Of a DNA stretch of 64,000 nucleotides, positions 17,594 through 28,241 are shown in pieces (within the stretch, counting starts at the first letter, position 1; each line of letters opens with the position of its first letter). The notes under the pieces are model-generated. The model ran no database searches. It was not told where the DNA came from and saw only the letters and a program-made list of their open reading frames with translations. Made by a program: the position numbers and the translations under genes. This stretch comes from Bacteroidota bacterium (GTDB lineage Bacteria > Bacteroidota > Bacteroidia > Flavobacteriales > BACL11): NCBI GenBank assembly GCA_036339955.1, contig JAYYZX010000025.1, forward strand, positions 433 to 64,432, written 5' to 3'.

Positions 17594-19050
17594 TAATCCT
17601 GAAAAGGACTATAAAAGAATGTACGTAGCCCTAAGAAAAACCATAAATCATCTTTCTTTATAATCTCTGATTCTTTTTTCCTTAATGCTAAACCACAATA
17701 AACCTTTAAATTATTCAGATCTTTTAAGCTATAAGAAATATCTGTATAAATATTATGTAACTTTGTTTTTAATCCTTGTCCATTAAAATTACCATACGAA
17801 GCAATTCCTCCTAATTGAGCAAAATAATCTGATAGAAAAATGTTTTGTCCATAATGTGATTTGAGTGTGTCTCCTCCATAAACAGAATTAGTGTACTTAA
17901 ATACAAAATCCCAGTTCTGATATCTATATTTACTAATAAAAATGAATTCACGAAAATTTGCTCCTAAAGGATGAGCGAGAGCTTGATTGTAATGCGTGTA
18001 GTTTTGTAAAGGATATTTATGTGCATATGTATACGGTTGAGCTTGATTAAATTCTATTAATATTCCTAAATTTTTAAAAGAAAACAAATGATCTGACTTC
18101 AGTCCTATTTGATATGCATATTTATCTTGAAAATATCCTCCTGAAGAAGGATCCCCAGTATATGTTCTATTTGTATTCATAGCAATATTAAGATCATCTA
18201 AAACAAATTGGCCATACAAAGATGTAGTATTATATTTAAATTGTACAGTAGCACCAATCAATACATTATCTGGAGAATTCTTGGAGAACTCAATAGGACG
18301 ATAAAAAATAATTGGATTTAAATACTCAATATCATAGCCTCTATTATATGTTGAATCTTGACCTTCCCAAATCACACTCTCAAATAATCCAAATGATAAA
18401 TAATCTGTAGGCGCATATTCAAGATAATGTATAGTAGCATATTTATTTCTTTTTGTTTGAGGGTCTCGTATATCTGAAAGAAAAGTGTACAAATTATAAT
18501 ATCTGAATTTCCATACATTAGTACTAACTGAGATATAAGGATATGCAGTTGATTCATTAGATATTAATAAAGAACGATAACCACTCCCAATAAAATGTTT
18601 CCCTCTCCCTATATCAAATTTAAAATACTTAGAAAGTATATACGTTACTCTAAAACTATAATCATAACCTTTGTTTAATATTTCTCCATAACCAGGATAA
18701 ACTGATAAAGAATCTATATAATTATCTAACGAATTAGGAAATGTACCTCCTAAATTTAAGACTTCACTTTTAAATTTTAATTTTTCATTAATGGAGTAGT
18801 TGAATTTAAAACCAATACAAAAAATATCATTCAAGCTATATGAGACATCTTTTTGCTTAATAAATCTAACGTATGTAATTCTAGGAGAGAAAGATAATTT
18901 CTTTGAAACTGTGTCAATAGTATATTTATTTATAAATAAATTAGAATTATTATCTATCTTATAAAAATCTGATACTAATTGAGGAAAACATATACACGGG
19001 AACATTAAAAATAAAAAACTACTAAAATGCCTTCTCATCCCCTTTAACAA
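17590..19050 (-). CDS. Predicted outer-membrane beta-barrel protein at the distal end of the glycan locus (a Wzi/RemB-like role is possible; family not verified)
   Basis: Signal-like N-terminus MLKGMRRHFSSFLFLMFPCICFPQ. Many short alternating aromatic/polar strand-like segments. The C-terminal end (...FFYSPFQDY) is rich in aromatic residues. It overlaps the upstream transferase gene by 29 nt. Confidence 0.6.
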   Translation of the reverse strand: MLKGMRRHFSSFLFLMFPCICFPQLVSDFYKIDNNSNLFINKYTIDTVSKKLSFSPRITYVRFIKQKDVSYSLNDIFCIGFKFNYSINEKLKFKSEVLNLGGTFPNSLDNYIDSLSVYPGYGEILNKGYDYSFRVTYILSKYFKFDIGRGKHFIGSGYRSLLISNESTAYPYISVSTNVWKFRYYNLYTFLSDIRDPQTKRNKYATIHYLEYAPTDYLSFGLFESVIWEGQDSTYNRGYDIEYLNPIIFYRPIEFSKNSPDNVLIGATVQFKYNTTSLYGQFVLDDLNIAMNTNRTYTGDPSSGGYFQDKYAYQIGLKSDHLFSFKNLGILIEFNQAQPYTYAHKYPLQNYTHYNQALAHPLGANFREFIFISKYRYQNWDFVFKYTNSVYGGDTLKSHYGQNIFLSDYFAQLGGIASYGNFNGQGLKTKLHNIYTDISYSLKDLNNLKVYCGLALRKKESEIIKKDDLWFFLGLRTFFYSPFQDY

Positions 19051-20416
19051 CTTTAATAATTGTTAGTAATATAATATTAATATCAAGCCATATTGACCAA
19101 TTTTCAATATACCAAACATCGATTCGGACTCTCCCTTCCATATCTTTAAGTTCTTTTGTTTCTCCTCTATATCCACGTATTTGAGCCATGCCAGTAATTC
19201 CTGGTTTAACCAACTGCCTTACCATATATTTATTAATTAAACGTGAATACTCCTCTGTATGACGCAGCATATGTGGTCTAGGACCAACAACAGACATGTC
19301 TCCAAAAAGAACGTTAATAAATTGAGGAAGCTCATCTAAAGAAGTCCTGCGAAGAAAGCTGCCTATTTTAGTTGTTCTTATATCATCGTGAGTTGCTTGT
19401 TTAGAGTCTTGTTCAGTATTTATTTTCATACTCCTAAATTTGAAACATAAAAATTCTGCATTATCCAAGCCAGATCTAACTTGTTTAAATAATATTGGCC
19501 CCTTAGATGAAATCTTAATAAGAAATGCTATAATAGGATATAACCAACTTAGAACAAATACAATAATAAATAATGAAAAGATTATATCAAATAATCTTTT
19601 TATCAATCTATTCATAATATCTATCAACGGTTCTTTCCTAAAAGAAATAATCGGGTTATCATGATAAAAATCAATATTAACTCGTTTAAAAGGGAACCCT
19701 CTGAAGTCTGGCACAATTCTAAACCGTATCATATTCCTGTCTGTATAATTTATAAATTTTTTAATATTATCAGTGTCAGCTAAAGGCATAGTATAATACA
19801 TTTCATCAATCTTATTAGATTTTACAAAAACTTTCATATCATCAAGATTACCATTTATGATTTTATCCTTAACATCAAAACCAACAATACCATCAGAGAA
19901 GATACCAACCAGCTTAAAACCCAAAACAGTATCAGAGTTAAAATAAGTATATAATTTTTTAGCTAATTCTCCATGTCCAATAATAATCACTGTTTTATAG
20001 TTAAATCCTGATTTTCTTATTATATAGATCAGCTTAATAATAAAGAAACGCCATATTAAAATAACTACAAATAAGCTAATATATGTCACATATAAATGTT
20101 CTCTTGAAAAATCAGATTCTTTCGACAGGAATAAAATAGCACTTATAGAAACCCCATTAATTACCCCAGCTTTAAATAAATTAAAAATAACTCTATCTAA
20201 ACGTGTAACACGTTGTATATCATATAATTTAATTGAAAATGCTGTGAATACCCATATAAAATTAAAGATTAAAAATAAAGCTTGATAATCTTGTGAATTA
20301 TCATTCAAGTCTAATGTCTCAAACTTAAGATAATAGTTGAGAAAAAAAGCAAGATTAATAATGACAATATCTCCAATAAAATGTATAGCCCAAAAATATC
20401 TTGAATACCCTTTCAT
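19022..20416 (-). CDS. Polyprenyl-phosphate hexose-1-phosphate transferase (WcaJ/WbaP-type initiating phosphoglycosyl transferase)
   Basis: N-terminal TM helices plus a C-terminal bacterial sugar transferase domain: RLFDIIFSLFIIVFVLSWLYPIIAFLIKISSKGPILFKQVRSG...FKFRSM...DELPQFINVLFGDMSVVGPRPH. Confidence 0.85.
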   Translation of the reverse strand: MKGYSRYFWAIHFIGDIVIINLAFFLNYYLKFETLDLNDNSQDYQALFLIFNFIWVFTAFSIKLYDIQRVTRLDRVIFNLFKAGVINGVSISAILFLSKESDFSREHLYVTYISLFVVILIWRFFIIKLIYIIRKSGFNYKTVIIIGHGELAKKLYTYFNSDTVLGFKLVGIFSDGIVGFDVKDKIINGNLDDMKVFVKSNKIDEMYYTMPLADTDNIKKFINYTDRNMIRFRIVPDFRGFPFKRVNIDFYHDNPIISFRKEPLIDIMNRLIKRLFDIIFSLFIIVFVLSWLYPIIAFLIKISSKGPILFKQVRSGLDNAEFLCFKFRSMKINTEQDSKQATHDDIRTTKIGSFLRRTSLDELPQFINVLFGDMSVVGPRPHMLRHTEEYSRLINKYMVRQLVKPGITGMAQIRGYRGETKELKDMEGRVRIDVWYIENWSIWLDINIILLTIIKVVKGDEKAF

Positions 20417-20423
20417 TATAAAG

Positions 20424-21530
20424 TTAGTGATCTAATTTATACCAATTATAAACCAATTTAATTCCTTCTTTTATTGCAACTTTATGAACCCAACCCATTT
20501 TATTAAGTTTAGAAACATCTGTTAATTTTCTCATGGTTCCGTCAGGCTTGTTTTTATTAAAAAAATATTCGCCTTGAAAATCTGTTTCTGATTGTATAGT
20601 TTTACAAAGAGCTTTTATCGAAATATCACTTCCTGTACCTATATTAACATGCGTGTTTCTCACAATTGAAGAGTTAGTAAAATCAGAATTTGAAATTACT
20701 GCCAGATCATTAAAGTTTTTATTTTCTAACAAAAATAAGCATGCCTCTGCCATATCTTCTGAAAACATAAATTCTCTTTTAGGGGCTCCTGTACCCCAAA
20801 TCTCTATTTGTACTTTATCACGATTATACTTAATGCCATATTTTGCTAATATATTCTGAATATCTTTTATAGAAGACTCATGATTGACCATTTCAATATT
20901 ATTTCTCCTTAAATCACTTCTTATGGCTTGCCAATCTTTATTTTCTAGACACTTTCCTAAATGGAATTTTCTAATTAAAGCAGGTAAGACATGAGCTTTT
21001 TCTAAATCAAAATTATCATTCTTTCCATATAAATTTGTAGGCATTGCACAAATAAAATTTGTTCCATACTGCAAATTATATGCTTCGCACATCTTGATTC
21101 CTGCTATTTTAGCGATCGCATATGGTTCGTTAGTAAATTCTAATTCTCCAGTCAATAATGACTCTTCTTGTATTGGCTGACTACATTCCTTTGGATAAAT
21201 ACAAGTACTGCCTAAGAAAAGTAGTTTTTTAACTCTGTTAATATAACTCTGTTGAATGATATTAGTTTGAATCATTAAATTATCATAAATGAATTCTCCC
21301 CTATATGTATTATTAGCCAAAATCCCTCCTACTTTAGCAGCAGCTAAAATTACATACTCAGGCTTATTAATTCGAAAAAAATCTGCAACTAAATGAGCTT
21401 GAGTTAAATCTAATTCACTATGAGTTCTTGTAAGAAGATTGGTAAATCCTTTCTGTTTTAATTGTTGAACAATAGCAGAACCTACTAAACCTTTATGTCC
21501 AGCAATATAAATCTTACTTTCTTTCCTCAT
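20424..21530 (-). CDS. fcl: GDP-L-fucose synthase (GDP-4-keto-6-deoxy-D-mannose 3,5-epimerase/4-reductase)
   Basis: KIYIAGHKGLVGSAIVQQL Rossmann motif and the YAIAKIAGIKMCEAYNLQYG catalytic YxxxK region. It sits directly downstream of gmd. Confidence 0.85.
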   Translation of the reverse strand: MRKESKIYIAGHKGLVGSAIVQQLKQKGFTNLLTRTHSELDLTQAHLVADFFRINKPEYVILAAAKVGGILANNTYRGEFIYDNLMIQTNIIQQSYINRVKKLLFLGSTCIYPKECSQPIQEESLLTGELEFTNEPYAIAKIAGIKMCEAYNLQYGTNFICAMPTNLYGKNDNFDLEKAHVLPALIRKFHLGKCLENKDWQAIRSDLRRNNIEMVNHESSIKDIQNILAKYGIKYNRDKVQIEIWGTGAPKREFMFSEDMAEACLFLLENKNFNDLAVISNSDFTNSSIVRNTHVNIGTGSDISIKALCKTIQSETDFQGEYFFNKNKPDGTMRKLTDVSKLNKMGWVHKVAIKEGIKLVYNWYKLDH

Positions 21531-21533
21531 AAA

Positions 21534-22652
21534 TTATTCGAAATAATTTAAAATATTATAGCCTCCTTTTTTAAGATATTGCTCCTTGGTCATTAGTTTC
21601 AAATCAGAACTCATCATGTCGTTAACTAAATCTTGCAAATTATACTTAGGATACCATTTTAGTTTATTATTTGCTTTTGATGCATCTCCTATTAATAAAT
21701 CAACTTCAGTAGGGCGAAAATAATGAGGGTCAACAGATACAACTTCTTGTCCTATTTCTAATTGATACTGCTTATTTTTACATGATACAATAAATCCTTT
21801 TTCATCTTTACCCTTCCCTCTAAACTCTAATTCAATTCCAACATAATTAAATGACATTTTTACAAAATCCCTTACAGTAGTGGCTTCTCCTGTAGCGATT
21901 ACCCAATCTTCAGGATCATCTGCTTGTAATATTAACCACATCATTCTAACATAATCCTTTGCATGTCCCCAATCTCTTTTAGCATCCAAATTCCCTAAAT
22001 AAAACTTCTGTTGTAGTCCAAGTGAAATTTTTGAAACAGCTCGTGTGATTTTTCTAGTTACAAATGTTTCTCCTCTTACTGGAGACTCATGGTTAAATAA
22101 AATACCATTACATGCAAACATATTATAAGCCTCTCGATAATTAACAGTAATCCAATAAGCATATATCTTAGCTACTGCATAAGGACTTCTAGGGTAAAAA
22201 GGTGTGTTCTCATTCTGTGGTGTTTCTTGAACTTTCCCATATAATTCTGAGGTAGATGCCTGATAAATCTTCGTCTTATTTGTAAGCCCTAGAAGACGTA
22301 CTGCCTCTAAAATTCTCAATGTCCCTGTACCATCAGTATTTGCTACATATTCCGGTTTCTGAAAAGAAACATGGACATGACTCATAGCAGCTAAATTATA
22401 AATTTCATCTGGTTTAGTATCTTGAATTATCTTAGTTAAATTCATAGAATCTGTCATATCTCCATAATGTAGAATTAGTCTTCTGTTTTTAATATGAGGA
22501 TCTTCATATAAATGATCTATTCTATCAGTATTAAAAAGAGATGATCTCCTTTTTATTCCATGAACTATATATCCTTTTTTAAGTAAAAACTCAGCAAGAT
22601 ATGAGCCGTCTTGACCTGTAATTCCAGTAATTAATGCTGTTTTCATAAACAC
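21534..22652 (-). CDS. gmd: GDP-mannose 4,6-dehydratase
   Basis: [25 protein letters not shown]..., STSELYG and [12 protein letters not shown] motifs. The start may be the third Met (22646). Confidence 0.9.
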   Translation of the reverse strand: MFMKTALITGITGQDGSYLAEFLLKKGYIVHGIKRRSSLFNTDRIDHLYEDPHIKNRRLILHYGDMTDSMNLTKIIQDTKPDEIYNLAAMSHVHVSFQKPEYVANTDGTGTLRILEAVRLLGLTNKTKIYQASTSELYGKVQETPQNENTPFYPRSPYAVAKIYAYWITVNYREAYNMFACNGILFNHESPVRGETFVTRKITRAVSKISLGLQQKFYLGNLDAKRDWGHAKDYVRMMWLILQADDPEDWVIATGEATTVRDFVKMSFNYVGIELEFRGKGKDEKGFIVSCKNKQYQLEIGQEVVSVDPHYFRPTEVDLLIGDASKANNKLKWYPKYNLQDLVNDMMSSDLKLMTKEQYLKKGGYNILNYFE

Positions 22653-23380
22653 TTTTTTGTTTTACAAAGGTAAAAAACATATAATAATCGAAATGCTTTT
22701 AAAAAACGGGGTGCAAATTGTTGTGGGTGTTGAATAGTTCTTGCCAGCCAACCTAAATATATCTCATCTATCCATTTTGGTAATTTAGCTTGACTACCTG
22801 TCTCAAAAGCAATAGCTGCACCTGTACAAATAATCCCAATCTTATATGATAAATTATTTTTTATATAATACCCTAGACGTTCTTGTACACCACCTCCTAT
22901 ATTTAACAATAAGAATTTTGGCTTGTCTTGAAGTGATTCCAAAATCTCTAGCAACTTATCATCTATAATATTATCTTTTTTATAATATGGTGATATATAC
23001 TGATATTCTGATGTAATAGCAACGCCTTTGCTGCTTAAATAATTCCTGTTTTTTATTGATTCAGCAATATTGGGTTCTACAGAAAACAATACATTGTCCC
23101 TTCGAAGTATTTCTTCATCGATAAATTTTCTTAGAAATTTTAGCCCGGATAATTTATTAATCTTTAAATTATAAAATAATCTTGCTAGTATAATCATAAA
23201 ACCACTATCAGGTATAGCAAAATCAGCATTTTTTAATGCGTTATAATATAATTCATCTTTATCGATAGTTGCTAGTCCAGGGCCTGAAGGAACAACCATA
23301 AATTCTCCATTACTAAGACGATCAAATGCATCTTTATAACTCCCATTAACAAATAAAATGTCAAATAAATTAAATGTCAA
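22643..23380 (-). CDS. WecG/TagA/CpsF-family (GT26) glycosyltransferase
   Basis: Family-like layout: [57 protein letters not shown]. Confidence 0.65.
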   Translation of the reverse strand: MTFNLFDILFVNGSYKDAFDRLSNGEFMVVPSGPGLATIDKDELYYNALKNADFAIPDSGFMIILARLFYNLKINKLSGLKFLRKFIDEEILRRDNVLFSVEPNIAESIKNRNYLSSKGVAITSEYQYISPYYKKDNIIDDKLLEILESLQDKPKFLLLNIGGGVQERLGYYIKNNLSYKIGIICTGAAIAFETGSQAKLPKWIDEIYLGWLARTIQHPQQFAPRFLKAFRLLYVFYLCKTKKCL

Positions 23381-23382
23381 AG

Positions 23383-24111
23383 TTATTTAGAATAGTTAGA
23401 AAATAAGAAATCTGCCTGTACTGCAATACCTGATTTATCATAATAAGTATGAAAAATTCCTGACAACTTAAAACTGTGCTGATTAAGGAAATCCAAAACC
23501 TCGTGTGCTAATGCTTGTCCGTCATATAGTTCTACAAATGAACATTCACAATAAATATACTTGAATCTTTCTAAGATCTGTTTACATCCATGTAATACTT
23601 CTAATTCATAACCTTGAACATCTATTTTTAACATTGCTGAATCTTGGATATCCTTATCTAGAAATATCTTATGTAAAGGTTTAGTATTAACTTTTCTCTG
23701 CTCACGCTCTTGTGTTCCTGGAAATAATAATTGCTGATGTTGTCCAATTGGCAACAATGAAGATGAATCATCTTTATTGGAAATATATAGAATATTATTA
23801 GACTCTACTTTACCTATAGCTATTCTGTGCAAATATGTATTACCATCATTTTTAAATACTTTCTGAAAAATATCAGCAGCAGATTTTAAAGGCTCAAAAG
23901 AATCTATCCTTGCATAAGGGAACTCCTTTCTACATACAAGAGCAAATTGACCTTTGTTAGCTCCAATATCAATAATATGATCCAAATCTAGAGTTCTGAG
24001 TATTTTCAAGTGCTCTATACCAGCAGCTGTTCCTTTTGATAATGCAGAAAGAAAGAACCTGCTCTTTAATATGATTATTAATTTAATTAATTTATTAATT
24101 AGTATTTTCAA
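23383..24111 (-). CDS. FkbM-family SAM-dependent methyltransferase
   Basis: IIDIGANKGQFALVCRKEFP... motif, and length typical of FkbM-type sugar O-methyltransferases. Confidence 0.75.
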   Translation of the reverse strand: MKILINKLIKLIIILKSRFFLSALSKGTAAGIEHLKILRTLDLDHIIDIGANKGQFALVCRKEFPYARIDSFEPLKSAADIFQKVFKNDGNTYLHRIAIGKVESNNILYISNKDDSSSLLPIGQHQQLLFPGTQEREQRKVNTKPLHKIFLDKDIQDSAMLKIDVQGYELEVLHGCKQILERFKYIYCECSFVELYDGQALAHEVLDFLNQHSFKLSGIFHTYYDKSGIAVQADFLFSNYSK

Positions 24112-24183
24112 CTTAAAATGTTGTTTTTCTTATATATAAACAGTGAATTTGCTAACAATATTTCTGAATTATTTATAAATAAA

Positions 24184-24963
24184 CTAATTTTTCAGGAATT
24201 TTCTTATATGATTTGCAAGTAATAAATGTCCTGGCATATAACTTGAAAGATATTTGAATATATAAAGAATTCTCATTGTTTTATTAGTTCTATTAAAATA
24301 TTTCTTTTGTATCTGCATACATTCTTTCATTAGTCTTAGTGAATATCGATAATTAAAAGTAATGCCATTACAAACAAAAGATGCGATTGTGCATCCAAGA
24401 AAGTATTTATATTTAAATTTATTTTTTTCATTACATACTACTCTACAAAAGAAATCATAATCACCTAAATATACAAATTCATCATTATATAATCCAACCT
24501 TATCAAAAACATCCCGTTTGATAAATGTGCTTTGATGTGGCACAATAGGTTTTTCTGATATTTGATTTAAAAAATTTCTAGGAAGTCTCCAATATATCTT
24601 ATTATAATTAGCATCCAATTTCTCAATATTATAAAAGATTAAATCAGAAGATTGGCTTTCAATATTTATATCACTTAAATTTTTTTTCAATATATCCCCT
24701 GCATTAAGAAATAATAAATATCTGCCAGAAGATTTCTTAATCCCTTTATTCATAGCATCATACATATTTTTATCTATTTCAGAAATCCATTTTAAATAAC
24801 TAGAGGGTAATTCTTGAATAACCTCTAAGGTTCCATCATTAGATTTCCCATCAATTATCACCCATTCTATCTGATCTGACAATGACTCTCTTAAACTATT
24901 ATAAGTATTTCTTAGACCCTTTTTGTCGTTACGTACTACTGTAATTATTGATATCTCTTTCAT
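24184..24963 (-). CDS. Family 2 glycosyltransferase
   Basis: ISIITVVRNDKKGLRNTYNSLRES...WVIIDGKSNDGT and FLNAGD (DxD-like) motifs. Confidence 0.8.
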   Translation of the reverse strand: MKEISIITVVRNDKKGLRNTYNSLRESLSDQIEWVIIDGKSNDGTLEVIQELPSSYLKWISEIDKNMYDAMNKGIKKSSGRYLLFLNAGDILKKNLSDINIESQSSDLIFYNIEKLDANYNKIYWRLPRNFLNQISEKPIVPHQSTFIKRDVFDKVGLYNDEFVYLGDYDFFCRVVCNEKNKFKYKYFLGCTIASFVCNGITFNYRYSLRLMKECMQIQKKYFNRTNKTMRILYIFKYLSSYMPGHLLLANHIRKFLKN

Positions 24964-26140
24964 ATAATGAAATTATTAATATTGGTATTAATATCGCTAC
25001 AAATACATATTGCAACGTTATAAATGCACCTGAATTATTTAAGTTTATAATTGAGAGCAAGATAAATGATTTTAAGATTCTATTCTTTGATTTTAAAAAG
25101 ATAAACAACATAATAGAATATATTAAAATAGCAGTAACTCCAAAATAGCCTATTAATAAAAAGAAACTATTACTAATTGAAGTTTCTGCATGTCCATTAA
25201 AAATCATCATGCTTTCAATATATTGCTCAAATTGGCCAAAAGATAGTCCAAATATATAGCCATCCTGAAACATTTGATAAATTGCCTCAATTGGCAATAA
25301 TACACGGAATAAACCTGAAGAAATCCTCTGTGAATTAGGATCTAATTCATTTAATCTGAAGAAGGATATTAAATCCTCTTGAAAGTAATATACTAATGAA
25401 GACGCTATTACAAAGATGCTTAACCCAAGAATCACAGGGTATTGTTTGATACTTCTTGATAATTCAAATAATATAATACAAGTAATCGCTAAAAACCCAA
25501 ATGCTGAATTTGCTAATATTAAAATAATTAAAGTACCCAAAAAATTAAAGCCAAACATACTCTTCCTCCTATCTAAATAGTATCTTGCCCAAAAGATATT
25601 AATTGCAACAAAACCTAAATAACTTGGCTCAAGATAGAAGGCTTTCATTCTCTGAATTCCTGAAATGAGCTCATGTTGCTGATAATATAGTTGCAACTCA
25701 CCAAATACATTACGTGCATCAAATCCAAAAACATTAACAAGAATAAACTGGCCTATAGTAACAAATACCAAAAATATTTGAAAAGCAAATATTGTTCTGT
25801 TAACAGTAAAACCTTGGATTCTTGGTATTTTTTTTACTACCCTGGAGACTAAGTAATAACTAATTGCATACTGCCCATAACTTTTGAAGAATTCACTCCA
25901 ATTATTAAGATGAATATTAATAATTGGAAGAATAAGAAAAAATATTAGCAAATATAATTCAGCTCTCTTAAAAGAAAATAAACGTATATTAAATGTAAAA
26001 AAAACCCATAATGGGATCAAAAGAAAAGATAATGCAACATCAAAATTAAGATTAAACGGTAATGAAAATACTTTAAGATGTAATGTGATAAAGATAAGTA
26101 TAGTTAGAATACTCCAAAAAAAACTTAATTTCTTATCCAC
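24929..26140 (-). CDS. Wzy-like polysaccharide polymerase (polytopic membrane protein)
   Basis: About 10 or more hydrophobic segments. Its position between glycosyltransferases is typical of Wzy. No strong sequence motif, so the call rests on context. Confidence 0.55.
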   Translation of the reverse strand: MDKKLSFFWSILTILIFITLHLKVFSLPFNLNFDVALSFLLIPLWVFFTFNIRLFSFKRAELYLLIFFLILPIINIHLNNWSEFFKSYGQYAISYYLVSRVVKKIPRIQGFTVNRTIFAFQIFLVFVTIGQFILVNVFGFDARNVFGELQLYYQQHELISGIQRMKAFYLEPSYLGFVAINIFWARYYLDRRKSMFGFNFLGTLIILILANSAFGFLAITCIILFELSRSIKQYPVILGLSIFVIASSLVYYFQEDLISFFRLNELDPNSQRISSGLFRVLLPIEAIYQMFQDGYIFGLSFGQFEQYIESMMIFNGHAETSISNSFFLLIGYFGVTAILIYSIMLFIFLKSKNRILKSFILLSIINLNNSGAFITLQYVFVAILIPILIISLYERDINNYSST

Positions 26141-26185
26141 GATTTAATTCCTCTATAGATTTAGATGGCATTTTTAATAATATTA

Positions 26186-27367
26186 TTAAAATAGATTCTC
26201 ATAATTTTTTACTAGTCTATCAATACTGTAAAATTCAAATGCTTGATATTGAAGTTTTTTTCTTAAAGTTAAATTAATTAAATCTTTCTTAAACTTATCA
26301 CTTTTAATAACAGTCTTGAAATTCTCTAGATTAATAAATTCATATCCCAGCCATTTATTTTCTGAATTCATTATTTCATAAGCTCCTTTAGATTTAGTAT
26401 ACATGATAAGATTGCCAGCACAAATTGCTTCTATAACAGTAGTGGCATATGAATCAATTTTTGAGGTAAATAAATAGCAGTCAGCTTTACTTAAAATATC
26501 TATATACTTGTCTTTATCCGATATATATCCATGGTTAATAGCATTTGGATAACTTTGGAATGGATTATTCTTACCAATAAAATGTATCTTTAGTCCTAAT
26601 TTAAGTATCTCCTCGATCAAATTCAAATCTACCTTACCATTTTGAGAGATATCTACACAAGAAACACAAAACTCTAAATCTTTAGTAGGTTCTTTAATTT
26701 TTATATTATTATAGATTGATGTATCGATACCATTTCTTACTAGTGAAACTTTAGTGTTTGGATAAACTCGCTTTAAATCTTCACAAATCCATTTAGAAGG
26801 GGAAATAAATTCTAAATTAGGAATTGATTTTATTAAATTAATCTTTTTTTGATATTCTATTTTAGAGATTGAAAACAAAGTGGAAGGATAATAATCGGTA
26901 TGCTCACATTTTATGCATCCTTTTTGCCAATCAGTACAATCATTTATAATAGCACATCTTCCTGTATAATGCCATGAATCATGAGCAACAAATAAAATTC
27001 TTTTATTAGCTGATTTTTTTTTAAGCAATCTGAAGAAATTCTCAAAATTTAACCAGTGAGAATGAAGAGTGTGACATATTATTATATCTTTATTTATCAT
27101 TAAATCTTCAATGATTTGACTATTCGGGGAAAAAAAGTCCTTTCCTATAACCTTGTGGGACAAGTAATTTAAAAACGTAGTAATTCCTTTCTTATTAACT
27201 GCAAAATAAACTTTTTCATCCCTTATGTCATTTCTTGAGAATCTATCTGAGTAGCCTGCTAAATAGCTAGAATCAAAACCTTTATCATTGAATCCTTCAT
27301 GAAGAGTCCTTGCTATATCTGCTGCTCCTCCTTTATTGTAGAGTGTTGATATACTCAAAATATTCAT
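26186..27367 (-). CDS. GT1/GT4-fold glycosyltransferase
   Basis: N-terminal ILSISTLYNKGGAADIA, the Cys cluster HYTGRCAIINDCTDWQKGCIKCEH seen in some GT4 enzymes, and a C-terminal ATTVIEAICAGNLI (EX7E-region-like). Confidence 0.7.
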   Translation of the reverse strand: MNILSISTLYNKGGAADIARTLHEGFNDKGFDSSYLAGYSDRFSRNDIRDEKVYFAVNKKGITTFLNYLSHKVIGKDFFSPNSQIIEDLMINKDIIICHTLHSHWLNFENFFRLLKKKSANKRILFVAHDSWHYTGRCAIINDCTDWQKGCIKCEHTDYYPSTLFSISKIEYQKKINLIKSIPNLEFISPSKWICEDLKRVYPNTKVSLVRNGIDTSIYNNIKIKEPTKDLEFCVSCVDISQNGKVDLNLIEEILKLGLKIHFIGKNNPFQSYPNAINHGYISDKDKYIDILSKADCYLFTSKIDSYATTVIEAICAGNLIMYTKSKGAYEIMNSENKWLGYEFINLENFKTVIKSDKFKKDLINLTLRKKLQYQAFEFYSIDRLVKNYENLF

Positions 27368-28230
27368 CTTTTTAACTTATTTCTTAGTTTTAAAATTCTT
27401 GAATAAACCCGTCTGCATGGACCCAAAAGAACATTTCCTAATCTAAAATCTTTAGAATCTTTATATATATTAGATAGTTTTTCAAATTCTTTAGAAAAGA
27501 ATTCTTCTTGCTCTATATCTCTTCTAATACAAGCCTCTCTTTTGACAATAAAATCCCAGTATAATGCTTTAAAATTATTATCATAAGCTGAAATACCTTT
27601 TTCATGGTATCTATAAAAATATAAATTCTGATTTAAATAAAATACATCTCCAACTTCTTCTAGTTTAATATATAAATCTTGATCAACTGCTCTTGGCAGA
27701 TCGATATTTATCCCTTTAGTATTAAAATATGATGAGGTTTTAAAAGTTGAAAAATGACTAATTATTCGATCATACAATTGAGAGGAATTAATCTTACCTT
27801 CTTTGAAATTTGGTTTTTTTAATCTAATAATATCCAAATCTTCATTGCAATGATAGTAATTTGAGAATATTATACTTGCATTGACCAGCTTTTTATGCTC
27901 TAAAACCATTAATTCTATTGCATTATGACTTAATTTATCTTCTGGATCAACAAAACCACAAATCTCGCCAGCGGCTTCTTTAACGCATCTGTCTTTTGTA
28001 TAGCCACATCCTTTGTTTTTTAAATTCTGATATAATTTAATATTAGAAATCGAATCTCTTAAATTATTAATTATGCTGATTGAATTGTCTGTAGAAGCGT
28101 CATCTACAATGATAATTTCAATATTCTTGTATGACTGTTTTTCAATACTTTCAATTGTTTCGGCAATAAACTTACCATTATTATAATTTGCAATTAGCAA
28201 TGAAAATAGAGTGTCTTTTTTAAGATTCAT
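27364..28230 (-). CDS. Family 2 glycosyltransferase
   Basis: FSLLIANYNNGKFIAETIESIEKQSYKNIEIIIVDDASTDNS; DPED motif. Confidence 0.85.
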   Translation of the reverse strand: MNLKKDTLFSLLIANYNNGKFIAETIESIEKQSYKNIEIIIVDDASTDNSISIINNLRDSISNIKLYQNLKNKGCGYTKDRCVKEAAGEICGFVDPEDKLSHNAIELMVLEHKKLVNASIIFSNYYHCNEDLDIIRLKKPNFKEGKINSSQLYDRIISHFSTFKTSSYFNTKGINIDLPRAVDQDLYIKLEEVGDVFYLNQNLYFYRYHEKGISAYDNNFKALYWDFIVKREACIRRDIEQEEFFSKEFEKLSNIYKDSKDFRLGNVLLGPCRRVYSRILKLRNKLKR

Positions 28231-28241
28231 TATTTTTACTT